Below are positions 51,055-60,407 of a stretch of DNA of 64,000 bases, in pieces (position 1 is the stretch's first letter; each line of letters starts with the position of its first letter). Made by a program: the position numbers and the translations under genes. This DNA comes from Pseudomonadales bacterium (lineage in GTDB: Bacteria; Patescibacteriota; Microgenomatia; UBA1400; PJMF01). The notes beneath the pieces are model-generated. The model worked only from the letters and a program-made list of their open reading frames with translations. It had not been told where the DNA came from and searched no databases. The DNA lies in assembly GCA_020632265.1 (NCBI GenBank), contig JACKFW010000001.1:337892-401891 (forward strand). Direction: 5' to 3'.

Positions 51055-51185
51055 ACTCGAACCTGTTTACGGAAGCAAGGTTAGTTCGAGCCTAATTTGC
51101 ACCCCCAACAGGTTGTTACTCGAACTAATTTAATCTGGAATCAAAATGTTGAGAAATTTGTTATGGGATTTTTGTTTGAAAATGC
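51055..51185. repeat. cassette-array repeat, short-L + R + T form
   Basis: ctcgaacctgtttacggaagcaaggttagttcgagcctaatttgcacccccaacaggttgttactcgaact + aatttaatctggaatcaaaatgttgagaaatttgttatgggatttttgtttg. Confidence 0.8.
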
Positions 51186-51318
51186 AAGGTTAACCAATTT
51201 AAACATTTAAGTGAATCATTGTTAATCAAATTTTTAACATGTAAAAACTTAACATTCAATAATAATTCACACCAATTTTATGAACTCATATGTGATATAT
51301 CAAAAAAAATTCGCTAAT

Positions 51319-51765
51319 TTATTTACTTTTTCGTAAATCTTTTAATATAAAATATTGATTAATAACAGCCTTACTTAGATTCATCAATCCCTCAATTTTA
51401 TATCTAATGTTTTCATCTATATTTGGAATATTTTCCCGATATTTTTCTGTAAATTTATCTTTAACTTTAGACTCAGCATCTTCCCTACTTTTTGATCCCA
51501 TACAAATCAATCCAATTGCTCCAATCATCTTAGTTACTTCACTTTCATCTAAACCTATAATTTCTGAAATTTCACTAAAAATTGGTTTATTTTTTCCTGT
51601 TATGATTCTTAACAAATTATTAAAAATCCCTTTATTAGCAAATTCATAATATTCTTTAATTAGCTCGTTTAACCTTTTATTAGCTGCTTCTTTCTCTTCT
51701 TTTTCTTTTAAAGCTTTTATAATTTCTTCCTCAACATTATAATATCTTTTAGATTCTTTAAACAT
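51319..51765 (-). CDS. hypothetical cassette protein
   Basis: 148-aa ORF. Charged and helical. Confidence 0.5.
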   Translation of the reverse strand: MFKESKRYYNVEEEIIKALKEKEEKEAANKRLNELIKEYYEFANKGIFNNLLRIITGKNKPIFSEISEIIGLDESEVTKMIGAIGLICMGSKSREDAESKVKDKFTEKYRENIPNIDENIRYKIEGLMNLSKAVINQYFILKDLRKSK

Positions 51766-51964
51766 AGATATTTTATTTCATTATATTATATAATATTTCC
51801 ATTAATTGTAACATATATTTACCAAAAAATATTAATTTTTTAAGGTCAAATACATTCCAAAAAATTATCTATTGCTTAACCACTATGATTTTTATTAAAA
51901 CAGATACAATTATTTGAATGATTTTCAATCAATATTCCATTGATTTATTTTCCATTATATATGA

Positions 51965-52055
51965 AAAAAGGTTGATTTATCAATCTAAATAGCATAAAGC
52001 TCCCCCTGATGGATACGTTAAGGAACGGGTATAAAGATGGGTTGATAGGAATTAC
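51965..52055. repeat. partial repeat (S+R modules, no L)
   Basis: gaaaaaaggttgatttatcaatctaaatagcataaagctccccctgatggatacgttaaggaacgggtataaagatgggttgatagg. Confidence 0.6.
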
Positions 52056-52132
52056 AGCGAGTGAAGCCAATGGATTTGCTGAGAAGCTTGTAAAATTACT
52101 GGAAACAAGTATTTATGCTTTTTGACGCAAAA

Positions 52133-52170
52133 AAACTCCCCTTGGTTTTTAACCTCAGGAAGTTATATTT
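52133..52170. repeat. degenerate R fragment
   Basis: aaaaaactccccttggtttttaacctcagg. Confidence 0.35.
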
Positions 52171-52287
52171 TGCTTCATACAATAATTCTATCATCAAATA
52201 TATTGTTGTTAGTTAGTGAACCAACTAGATATCAAAAAGAGCTATAAACTAAATATTTTTAGATTTAAAAGAATTATTGTTACATCT

Positions 52288-53400
52288 CTAACCTGTTTCA
52301 GGTAACCCAAGATCAATGTCTGCGAGCAATTTTATTTCTTCAGCAATTCCTTCAAGGAGTCTGCCTGATCCAGCAAGAGATTTTGCTCGAATGTTTTGGG
52401 AGATAGAAATAAGTTCGTTAAGTTTCGAAGAGTTCTCGATTGGCAAAGTTTCAATTTTATAATCTTTGGTCAAGTAACTTATGTGCCATTTTCCATTTTC
52501 AAATACCAAATCAATATTTGATCTACCAGACAATATTCTAATATTAGATAAGTGTTTGGTGCTTATTTCAAAATCCATCAGACTTAGCAGTTTATTAGTG
52601 TATATTGATAAATGATGGCCGGCACTTAGTTTTATTTCAGTCCCTTCTTTAAATTGAACTTCTTCATGATGTTTAAGCCTAATTGCAAGACCTTTTCGTA
52701 ATTCATTAGCCTTTCTCTTAACCCAAAAATTCAACTTTTGATCAAACTGTTCTTGATTAAAAATCTTAACTAGAAATGCCAACTGTTTTCCTGTTAACTC
52801 ATATCTATTCCCTTTTTCAAGCAAATGATGAGCTGTTGCCAAATAATAGGTATGATAGTTTATAGTTGTTTCCACCTTTTTACCATCAATTAAAAATTTT
52901 ATTGCTCTTTCGGGTGTTTCATCGGCAATCAATTCAAAATCATTTCGAGATTCACCCTGAATTTTAGCAGCCTTAATCGGATTTAAAAATTGAAATCTTG
53001 CTCCTGTTCCATGCGAAGAAACTCCAGGAAATCCAGGTAAATCGGGCATATTTTCTAAAGCTGATTGTACTTCTGATTCATATTTTTTTCTTGTTTTTTC
53101 ATCAACTTCCCAATACTCAGCACCTCTAAATACACTCTGCATAGTCTCATCAATAATTTTCTTTTGCAAATCGGCATGGAAAGAAGCTGAAACGGCTAAG
53201 CAGTTTAACACGTGGCTAGCTCGTTCCCAATCTACTCCGGCTTCAAGTAACATTTTTGTGTCACTTGCGTATACTTCAGAAATTTTTCTGCCTCCAAATA
53301 TTCCCTCTAACGAAGAATCCTCAAGCAAGTCATCATCGTTAGGAACGCCAACAAATCTGGGCAAATCAGAAGACGTTATGTATTTATAACCCCGCATCAC
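52288..53400 (-). CDS. hypothetical cassette protein
   Basis: 370-aa ORF with no recognised motif. Confidence 0.55.
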   Translation of the reverse strand: MMRGYKYITSSDLPRFVGVPNDDDLLEDSSLEGIFGGRKISEVYASDTKMLLEAGVDWERASHVLNCLAVSASFHADLQKKIIDETMQSVFRGAEYWEVDEKTRKKYESEVQSALENMPDLPGFPGVSSHGTGARFQFLNPIKAAKIQGESRNDFELIADETPERAIKFLIDGKKVETTINYHTYYLATAHHLLEKGNRYELTGKQLAFLVKIFNQEQFDQKLNFWVKRKANELRKGLAIRLKHHEEVQFKEGTEIKLSAGHHLSIYTNKLLSLMDFEISTKHLSNIRILSGRSNIDLVFENGKWHISYLTKDYKIETLPIENSSKLNELISISQNIRAKSLAGSGRLLEGIAEEIKLLADIDLGLPETG

Positions 53401-53663
53401 TTCAAAATTTGGTTGTCTGGATCTATCGTCTAATGTCAGATAATTGTTTAATCAATTCAACTTTATAAATTCAATTTTTTCTCTTTAAGCGAAATCTTAC
53501 CAACTTTGTATCCATAAGTTTCAGATTCTCTTTTGTAGTTTAAAAAAGAGTGATCGATTTTAAAACCAAGAATTTTTTTAATTTCTTCAAAAGTCAGAAT
53601 AATTAAATCGTTTTTGTCGTTTTGAAGATGTTTCTAGATTGAATTATACTTACTCATACGTGT

Positions 53664-53867
53664 TTAGTATAGCATATATTTGTTATGTAGCTCCTCATTT
53701 AGTTCCCCATTTCTATGCCTTTCTGCCAATCTATATGCAGCGATTTCAAACAATGGAATAAATTTCTTTTGAGAACTCTCTAACTGACGAATCTTCTTCT
53801 GTTCAATTTCTTCTTGTGATAATGTAATTTCTTCTACCATTATCTGAGTATAACAAATAATAATCAA
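53664..53867 (-). CDS. small hypothetical protein
   Basis: 67-aa ORF. Confidence 0.35.
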   Translation of the reverse strand: MIIICYTQIMVEEITLSQEEIEQKKIRQLESSQKKFIPLFEIAAYRLAERHRNGELNEELHNKYMLY

Positions 53868-53912
53868 AAAGCATCACTCCTGAATAAAATATTTAATTGT
53901 TATAGGACAAAA

Positions 53913-53968
53913 ACTCCCCCGACAGGTCGTTACTCGAACTAGGGGATGGGTGGAAAGTTACTTATTCC
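53913..53968. repeat. cassette-array repeat, short R-only form
   Basis: ctcccccgacaggtcgttactcgaactaggggatgggtggaaagttacttattcc. Its end overlaps the stop codon (TAA 53962-53964) of the upstream gene. Confidence 0.8.
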
Positions 53969-54270
53969 AAAATAGCTTCTCTATCTAAATAAACATTAAT
54001 TCCCTTATTTCTTAGAGCATCTCCATATTCTTCTATACATTCTCTAGCACCACCATAACATCCGCTTAGAGTAACAGAGTCTCCTGCTTCAAACATATCA
54101 GCCAACTGTTGAGGGCTAACCTCATAAGGTATTCTCACAGCAGGCTCCTTATGTTTCAGTCTTTTTAGGACTATTTCATATTCTTGCACATCATCTCCAC
54201 GTGCTCTCATGTCACGCATATCTTCTTCTAAAACATCTTGGTGAATTACTACTTCATGTATTTTTGACAT
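53962..54270 (-). CDS. hypothetical cassette protein
   Basis: The ATG at 54268-54270 (MSKIHEV...) is the likely start. The track start at 54288 is TTG. 102 aa. Confidence 0.5.
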   Translation of the reverse strand: MSKIHEVVIHQDVLEEDMRDMRARGDDVQEYEIVLKRLKHKEPAVRIPYEVSPQQLADMFEAGDSVTLSGCYGGARECIEEYGDALRNKGINVYLDREAILE

Positions 54271-54299
54271 ATAAGAAAAGTATAACAAAATTTCAATAA

Positions 54300-54433
54300 G
54301 GTTCGAGTCCTATTGGGATCAAAGAATTTTAGTTGAGGAAAAAAGTGATGCTCCCCCGACAGGTTGTTACTCGAACTAATCTAATCTGGAAAACAAATGT
54401 TGAGAAATTTGTTATGGGATTTTTGTTGGAAAG
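54300..54433. repeat. cassette-array repeat, short-L + R + T form
   Basis: ggttcgagtcctattgggatcaaagaattttagttgaggaaaaaagtgatgctcccccgacaggttgttactcgaact + aatctaatctggaaaacaaatgttgagaaatttgttatgggatttttgttggaaag. Confidence 0.85.
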
Positions 54434-54494
54434 AGATTGTGTCTCAAACTAAAGATCTCAATATTATTATAATATTTAATATTCAAAATAAAAT

Positions 54495-54887
54495 CTATTT
54501 ACCTATTATTATAAAATCATTCTCAGTGAAATAAGTTATATTCATTTTTTCCATTTGATCTTTTAAAAATCTTCTCGCACTTTCTTCTGAAGAATTTTCT
54601 ACAATTTCGTGAAGATATCTAACAATTCTTGGAATATCTAGATTAATTTGATATTTTGCATGAGCTACTTTTATATTTTCTAATTCATCAGGTAAATTTA
54701 TAAACAATGATGGAGTTTCTTTTCCCATCTCAATTTGAATAATTTTCCAATATTGACTAATTAAATCTAGTGAAGATTTTATGTAAGTTTTTAAAGTCTC
54801 AATTCTTTCTTGTTGCATTTTTTCTAAAAATGATTCTGCAGTTGAATTCATAAATATAATTCTTCCATCTAAATTAGTTTTATGCAT
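54495..54887 (-). CDS. hypothetical cassette protein
   Basis: 130-aa ORF. Confidence 0.5.
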   Translation of the reverse strand: MHKTNLDGRIIFMNSTAESFLEKMQQERIETLKTYIKSSLDLISQYWKIIQIEMGKETPSLFINLPDELENIKVAHAKYQINLDIPRIVRYLHEIVENSSEESARRFLKDQMEKMNITYFTENDFIIIGK

Positions 54888-55108
54888 TGTATCATTTAAG
54901 ATTACTAAAACGCTATAAGCATTTATCTATTATGCTTTAAAAACAACCCTATTAGGAAGATTTGAAGAATATTAAAAAAGAAAGAATTTGATAATCTAGT
55001 TAAGAAAATAGAAGGCTTTATAACTCAAATTAACTTACTAAATTTAGATTATCTGCTCGCTGAAATTAAAAGAAAAGCTGCCATGTTATAAATATAAAAA
55101 AATATTTA

Positions 55109-55255
55109 GAGAGTTCGAATCCCAGGCTAAGCTGTCCTATCGGGGGCATGTATGTGAAAAAAAATTGATACATAGCTATAAATAAGCCTATAATTTTAAA
55201 GCTCCCCTTGTTGGACTCGTTACGGAACGGGTATAAAGAGGGGTTGTTGGGAATA
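55109..55255. repeat. cassette-array repeat, full L-S-R form
   Basis: gagttcgaatcccaggctaagctgtcctatcgggggc | atgtatgtgaaaaaaaattgatacatagctataaataagcctataattttaaa | gctccccttgttggactcgttacggaacgggtataaagaggggttgttgggaataag. Confidence 0.85.
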
Positions 55256-55581
55256 AGTAAGGAAGATACCAAAGTATTTAGTGAGAAATTTAAAAATTGC
55301 TCTTTGATAATAGTGAATTCAACTAACAAAAAAGTTACCTTATAAATGGGCGTTGCGAACGCACTCACTTAGTAGCTTTTTTAAACATCATTCGTTCAAA
55401 ATTTCTTTGATTTGGCCAATTTTGAATGCAACACTTTCAAAAAAAATTATCCTCGATTAAATATGACTCTAACACAGTTAGAGAAAACAGTTCTGGATAA
55501 TTTTGACCATATCGCCTACGAAGAATATTGGAGTCAAAAGACCTTATTTAATTAGCTGCACACTTTCGAAACAAAATATAT

Positions 55582-57234
55582 TTATGCTTCAGACTTCATC
55601 TTCACATCACCTTGACAAACAAGCATACCACTAGAATTAATAAGCGAATAAACAACACTAATTTCTTGATTTGCTTCTAATGGAGTTATCGCAAAGGAAA
55701 ATGCATCCCATTTTCGTAACATAGATAGATTCATCTCAGGCATGTTTTCAGTTTGTCCACTTGCTATTGAGCTAGCTGTTGAGGTCACGCCAATAGAATA
55801 ATTACCAAAATGATTCAACAAAACATATAATTTTTGCTCAGTATCATCATATGGCCAAATTGTATCTAATACAGATATTTCAACAATAATTTCATTCTTT
55901 ACTCCAACCTTCAGATCCATAAGTGAACCTCCATCGACTCTTCTTTCTCTCATTCGAATTTGAATAGTTGGATTTTCTAAATCTCCTTGTGTATCCTCTT
56001 CCATAATTTTTTTAAACATGGTATGAAGAGCTTCTACAAAAGAAGCTTCAATTTTAGAAGGTGAAGATTTCCAATATGATCTTGTTTTTGAAGTCAAGTA
56101 GTGGTCGTAATTTCTTCTAAGAGTAATTACTCTATCTGTATCAATATCTTGTAATTCTGATTTAATCTCGCTGAGTAATGCTCGACGAGACTCTGTTGAT
56201 GTTGCTTCTCGTAATTTGGATTCATACGTACGTAAACGTGTTAAATAATGTTTTTTTTCTTTAAGTGAATCAGCAATATTTTTTACACCTTCCCAACTAT
56301 CAGGACAGCGCAAGAAATCACAATAGGTGCCTTTACCCCAATATGAATCGATCATTTTGGCCAGCTGAGGAATGAGTTTGAGATCTATACGAGCCTTAAG
56401 TGCTAATTCTAGGAAATTAGTTTGTTCTTCTTCAGGAATCTCACTTAATAACAATTCGAAAACGCTTCCCGCGTAATTTTGTAATGATAAACTCACCATT
56501 CTTTCATTGTTATCTCTATTTTCTATATGACTATAACGAGTAGGTGCATCAACCCTAGACGCAAAATGAATAGTACCTTCTGATAAAATAGAATTATTTT
56601 GATAGACAGTTTCATTTTCATTCACTTCAGTTTTGTATGCTGGATCTTTAGTTAAATCTAATAGAAATTGTGTACTTTCGTAGCTTGAAATACCTTTTTC
56701 AAGCAACCAAGGGGAAAAAGTATTAGTTGCATTTACTACTTGAAGTCCAATCCTAACTTCTCTAGCTTCATTTCTTGTTGCAGTAATCACCCTTTCTCCT
56801 ATTGATTCTAAAGTAACTCTATAAATAATCCTTGCTTGATCGAGCACAGAAAGAGATTTTTGTAGAAATACTATAGAAACCCCGTTATAAATACTCGTAT
56901 TTGCATCAAGATTTATGTAATTTCCACCACCTAAAGTTTCAAACATACGTGAAATTTCTTCTTGGTGTTCCCAATCAATGAGTAATAATTCTGGAATAGT
57001 AATAGATGACAGACCTAAAGCATCTAACTGTAACTGCACTTTCTCGCGAGCGATAGTAACGGCTTGTACTAATCTCGGGTCAGCATTTTCACTTTTGAAT
57101 AATTCTAATATTGCTTTGCGTTGTGCAATAATAGCATCTGAATTTTCTCTAGTTGCATCTACAAGCTCTTTACGATCATTGTAACCTAATAAATTATCAG
57201 AACCCAATAGATTAATTATATATTCAGATTTCAT
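55582..57234 (-). CDS. hypothetical cassette protein (550 aa)
   Basis: Long ORF with no recognised motif. Confidence 0.6.
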   Translation of the reverse strand: MKSEYIINLLGSDNLLGYNDRKELVDATRENSDAIIAQRKAILELFKSENADPRLVQAVTIAREKVQLQLDALGLSSITIPELLLIDWEHQEEISRMFETLGGGNYINLDANTSIYNGVSIVFLQKSLSVLDQARIIYRVTLESIGERVITATRNEAREVRIGLQVVNATNTFSPWLLEKGISSYESTQFLLDLTKDPAYKTEVNENETVYQNNSILSEGTIHFASRVDAPTRYSHIENRDNNERMVSLSLQNYAGSVFELLLSEIPEEEQTNFLELALKARIDLKLIPQLAKMIDSYWGKGTYCDFLRCPDSWEGVKNIADSLKEKKHYLTRLRTYESKLREATSTESRRALLSEIKSELQDIDTDRVITLRRNYDHYLTSKTRSYWKSSPSKIEASFVEALHTMFKKIMEEDTQGDLENPTIQIRMRERRVDGGSLMDLKVGVKNEIIVEISVLDTIWPYDDTEQKLYVLLNHFGNYSIGVTSTASSIASGQTENMPEMNLSMLRKWDAFSFAITPLEANQEISVVYSLINSSGMLVCQGDVKMKSEA

Positions 57235-57435
57235 ATTAGTTCGTTTTACAATTTATTGTGTGGTCACACTATGTCTATTATTATAGTAATAATAATATGA
57301 GCTGTTGTCGAGAGTTAATTCTGATCTGAGGTAGTAATAATACTTAAAAAATTCCTGCTATATGCACTCCTTTCTAGTTAACTAATTTTATTACAATTGG
57401 TGTCAACTATATGGGAAGTGGGTCAGTGTTCGCTA

Positions 57436-57476
57436 AGCTCACTCACTCCCATCTTGGACTCTTTGCGGAACGGGTA
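57436..57476. repeat. degenerate R fragment
   Basis: gctcactcactcccatcttggactctttgcggaacgggtatg. Confidence 0.5.
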
Positions 57477-57596
57477 TGTAAATAAATCTCTAAAATATAT
57501 CAAAGATTATGATGTGAGTATAATTATGAGTGAATTACAACATATACATATAACTAATTAATTATTTCTCCTAAATTTATTCCTAACTTATCTTTA

Positions 57597-57628
57597 GCCA
57601 TTGGACTCGTTCAAGAATGGCAACCAGT
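57597..57628. repeat. degenerate R fragment
   Basis: agccattggactcgttcaagaatggcaacc. Confidence 0.35.
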
Positions 57629-57658
57629 TACTTTTTAGATTGTATTTACAAATTAAAT

Positions 57659-57877
57659 TTACTCTGAGACCACAAAGCTTCCAAACAATTCATGAAAATG
57701 AGTTATCTGTTGTTTTCTAAGTTGTTTAATATTTTCTACAATTCCACTGTTTTGAAATTCTTTAACTGTTACGGTTAAATCCATTCTTTGTATACAAACA
57801 CCAACTCTTACTAAGCCATCATCTCCTTTATAAAGTCTAATACCATAAAAACCTTCTATTCCAAAGAGTTTTTTCAT
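57659..57877 (-). CDS. small hypothetical protein
   Basis: 72-aa ORF. Confidence 0.4.
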   Translation of the reverse strand: MKKLFGIEGFYGIRLYKGDDGLVRVGVCIQRMDLTVTVKEFQNSGIVENIKQLRKQQITHFHELFGSFVVSE

Positions 57878-58038
57878 TTTTCGTATTATTTTAAATAAAA
57901 ATACGTATTAAATATGTATTTTTAATATAATTAAAGAAGAGTTTTATCACTTTATTTATAATAATTCAAGTTTAGGGACTAATTTAATCTTTAACAAAAA
58001 TAAAATTAAACAAAAATCTATCTAACTGAGAGATCTTT

Positions 58039-58107
58039 AAAAAAGTGATGCTCCCCCGACAGGTCGTTACTCGAACTAGGAGGTGGGTTGGGAATGTCTT
58101 ATTTCAA
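58039..58107. repeat. cassette-array repeat, short R-only form
   Basis: aaaaaagtgatgctcccccgacaggtcgttactcgaactaggaggtgggttgggaatgtcttatttc. Abuts the stop of gene 58115..58573. Confidence 0.8.
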
Positions 58108-58114
58108 AATAAAG

Positions 58115-58573
58115 CTATTTTGGTTCAATCCTATAAAACATCAGAGGTTGCTTGTCACTAATAGGAGCAAATCTAGGTTTTCCATTTTCCCATTGCCCAA
58201 ACTCATAATGAACTCCATTTATTTCACCTAAATACAAAGCTGCATGCCATGGAAATCCACTAAAAGGATGTTGATATACAACAATATTTGAGTTTCCTCT
58301 TTTTCCTCTATCATCTTTACCAACTACACCCATAGCTTTTAAAGTCCCGTGTTGTGCAGAACCATAATCATCAATAAATTTATCAATGCTTACTGAAATG
58401 TTTGATTCTTGAAGTCCAAGGAGATACATTACTAGCCCTGAACAAACCGAGTGTTCATGATCTTTACTTTTCAACTGTTCTTTGACTCTATTAAAAACCT
58501 CTTTGCCAAATATAGTCTCAACTTTTTTTAGTTTTTCATTGTCGTGGATTGCTATTTCTTTTCTCATACTCAC
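58115..58573 (-). CDS. hypothetical cassette protein (possible Cys/His hydrolase)
   Basis: 152-aa ORF. The conserved-looking HSVCSG and WHAALYLG segments hint at a papain-like or permuted Cys-His fold. Speculative. Confidence 0.5.
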   Translation of the reverse strand: MSMRKEIAIHDNEKLKKVETIFGKEVFNRVKEQLKSKDHEHSVCSGLVMYLLGLQESNISVSIDKFIDDYGSAQHGTLKAMGVVGKDDRGKRGNSNIVVYQHPFSGFPWHAALYLGEINGVHYEFGQWENGKPRFAPISDKQPLMFYRIEPK

Positions 58574-58605
58574 AAAGTATACCAGAGAATAATAACTCAG
58601 TTCGA

Positions 58606-58740
58606 GTACCAGGCTATCCTGTCCTATCGGGGGTATTTGTGTGAAAAAAGATTGATAAATAGCTATAAATAAGCCTATAATTTCAAAGCTCCCCGAGTTG
58701 GTCGCTACACGGATAGAGAGGTGGGTTAGACAATTCTTGT
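58606..58740. repeat. cassette-array repeat, full L-S-R form
   Basis: cagttcgagtaccaggctatcctgtcctatcgggggt | atttgtgtgaaaaaagattgataaatagctataaataagcctataatttcaaa | gctccccgagttggtcgctacacggatagagaggtgggttagacaattc. Confidence 0.85.
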
Positions 58741-58849
58741 TTTACAAAAACAAGATAATAACTCAAACCTTTTAATATTAATAAATCACTTATGCATGTT
58801 TGAACGTTGAGCACACATCGTGATGAAAGATTCCAAAGTCAATCATACT

Positions 58850-59581
58850 TCAAAGTAAATCTAAGGATAATTTATTATCCTCCCAATGTGAATTTTGTAA
58901 AACCAGGGTTTTTTTATATTCGTAAAGACTAGAACCTGAAAACTCATTAGTTGCGAAGAGTAACCTCAATTGATCTAATTTATTAGGATCGCTAGAACTA
59001 AATGCGTCTACTATTTCTTGCCAATACTCTGGGCGTTCTTTTATTCGTGTGCTAAATACTGAGGGTAATCTTAATTTGCCAAAAAACGCGTCAAGTGCTC
59101 CTTGATACCAATTTGGCAAACTTCCATCTGGTCTGAAACGAACAGCATTATCTATCCAACGAAATCTTGGTGGTGTAGCCATGCGATCTATAACTTCTAT
59201 CCATAACATATTGCTACAGGTGTTATTTGTGGGATTGTATACATGAATAAACCCTCTATTTTTCTTTATTCCTGGAATAAATGGTGTTTTGTCTTCAACA
59301 TATTGCAAAGCGGTAGGACTCGGATTTTTTGAATAAACTCTATTATATTCCTCAATTGAATATACTTTTGGAAGCATAACAAAAACTAAAAATTTTGATC
59401 CAAAAATGTATTCCATTTCTTTCGGAAATCCTTCTAGTAAGATTTCGTGAGGAGTCAAGATTTCGTCTGGTTCTAAAACTTCTGCATTCGATAAAGGTTG
59501 AAGACTGGATTCCACAGAAGGTGGTTCTGAATTTATATTTATCCTTACTTTAGAGAAAAATTCATCTGCATGTTCATTCAT
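58850..59581 (-). CDS. hypothetical cassette protein
   Basis: 243-aa ORF. Confidence 0.55.
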   Translation of the reverse strand: MNEHADEFFSKVRININSEPPSVESSLQPLSNAEVLEPDEILTPHEILLEGFPKEMEYIFGSKFLVFVMLPKVYSIEEYNRVYSKNPSPTALQYVEDKTPFIPGIKKNRGFIHVYNPTNNTCSNMLWIEVIDRMATPPRFRWIDNAVRFRPDGSLPNWYQGALDAFFGKLRLPSVFSTRIKERPEYWQEIVDAFSSSDPNKLDQLRLLFATNEFSGSSLYEYKKTLVLQNSHWEDNKLSLDLL

Positions 59582-59655
59582 AATGCTCCAATAACAATAT
59601 CATACATACATTTTATCGGCTGTTCAAGTATTTTATTATAAAGAATATATACAAA

Positions 59656-59705
59656 CCCTCCCCCGACAGGTCGTTACTCGAACTAGGAAGTGGATCTCTA
59701 ACTAT
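59656..59705. repeat. cassette-array repeat, short R-only form
   Basis: ccctcccccgacaggtcgttactcgaactaggaagtggatctcta. Overlaps the stop (TAG 59698-59700) of the GDPD-like gene. Confidence 0.8.
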
Positions 59706-60405
59706 TTAGGTATTTACTCGCAAATGCAATATCATTAACTAGGACTCCATTTATTGCCAAGCTTACTAACCAGTCTAACTTCTGCTCATCAACATCTCCA
59801 GCAGTTCTTGGTTGTAATTCTGTCGCTTTACGTCCTGGAGTTACCCAAACTTCTAATCCTAATTCTTGAATTGCTTGAACTCTTTGCTTAGTAAGATCTT
59901 TTTCCCAAAGTCTGAAATACTTACCACCTTTTTGCGCATACTCTACGTATGAATCGGGAGCAGAAAATAAAGCTAGTGTTTGAACTTCTGGATTAAGCGA
60001 AATAATAAAACTAAAATCATCCATATTTCTTACCGCGATAATAACTCTTGTTAAATCTGATCTTAAATCATTTATTATCTTTTCAAATAACTCTTTGGAT
60101 GGCTGCTTAAAATCTAGTAGTATTTTTATGTTTTGCGGAATTTCATTCAACATTTCTTTAACTCTGGGGAAGTTATGTCCTTGCTGTAATTGTTCTATCA
60201 CGGCCTCATTGGAAAAAGTTCCAAATTGTGAGCTAATTCCACTTGGATGAAAACATATAAATTCACCTGTTCTAGGGTGCTCTACAACATCCATTTCTAT
60301 AATACTTGGATTATATTTAACTGCTTCTAGAAAACTTTGTTCAGTATTTTCTGGATATTTGGCTGAGTATCCACCGTGGGCTATTAGTTTTATTTCTGTA
60401 TTCAT
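59698..60405 (-). CDS. glycerophosphodiester phosphodiesterase (GDPD)-like protein
   Basis: LIAHGGYSAKYPENTEQSFLEAV...EMDV...H resembles the GDPD N-terminal HR(G)..PENT..AF...E.D motif, with substitutions. Confidence 0.45.
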   Translation of the reverse strand: MNTEIKLIAHGGYSAKYPENTEQSFLEAVKYNPSIIEMDVVEHPRTGEFICFHPSGISSQFGTFSNEAVIEQLQQGHNFPRVKEMLNEIPQNIKILLDFKQPSKELFEKIINDLRSDLTRVIIAVRNMDDFSFIISLNPEVQTLALFSAPDSYVEYAQKGGKYFRLWEKDLTKQRVQAIQELGLEVWVTPGRKATELQPRTAGDVDEQKLDWLVSLAINGVLVNDIAFASKYLNS

Positions 60406-60407
60406 AT

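Noticed and set aside
54300-54320. GGTTCGAGTCC / GTTCGAATCC motifs in the repeat L module look like tRNA T-arm sequences
   Set aside because: No flanking sequence forms a T-stem, acceptor stem, D-arm or anticodon arm, and no CCA end is present. In every copy the motif is instead one arm of the repeat palindrome. An ancient tRNA 3-prime end origin (integration target) cannot be excluded, but these are not tRNA genes.
55066-55368. ORF of 100 aa (and the similar 62457..62642 ORF of 61 aa)
   Set aside because: Both are translations of the repeat itself. They share the peptide PPIGQLSLGFEL / IPQIGQDRLGLEL encoded by the L module. They are artefacts of repeat conservation, not genes.
58790-58850. 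Palindrome CTTGTTTTTACAAAAACAAG downstream of gene 58850..59581 as an intrinsic terminator
   Set aside because: The hairpin is perfect but is not followed by a U-tract on the coding (minus) strand. It was left unannotated.
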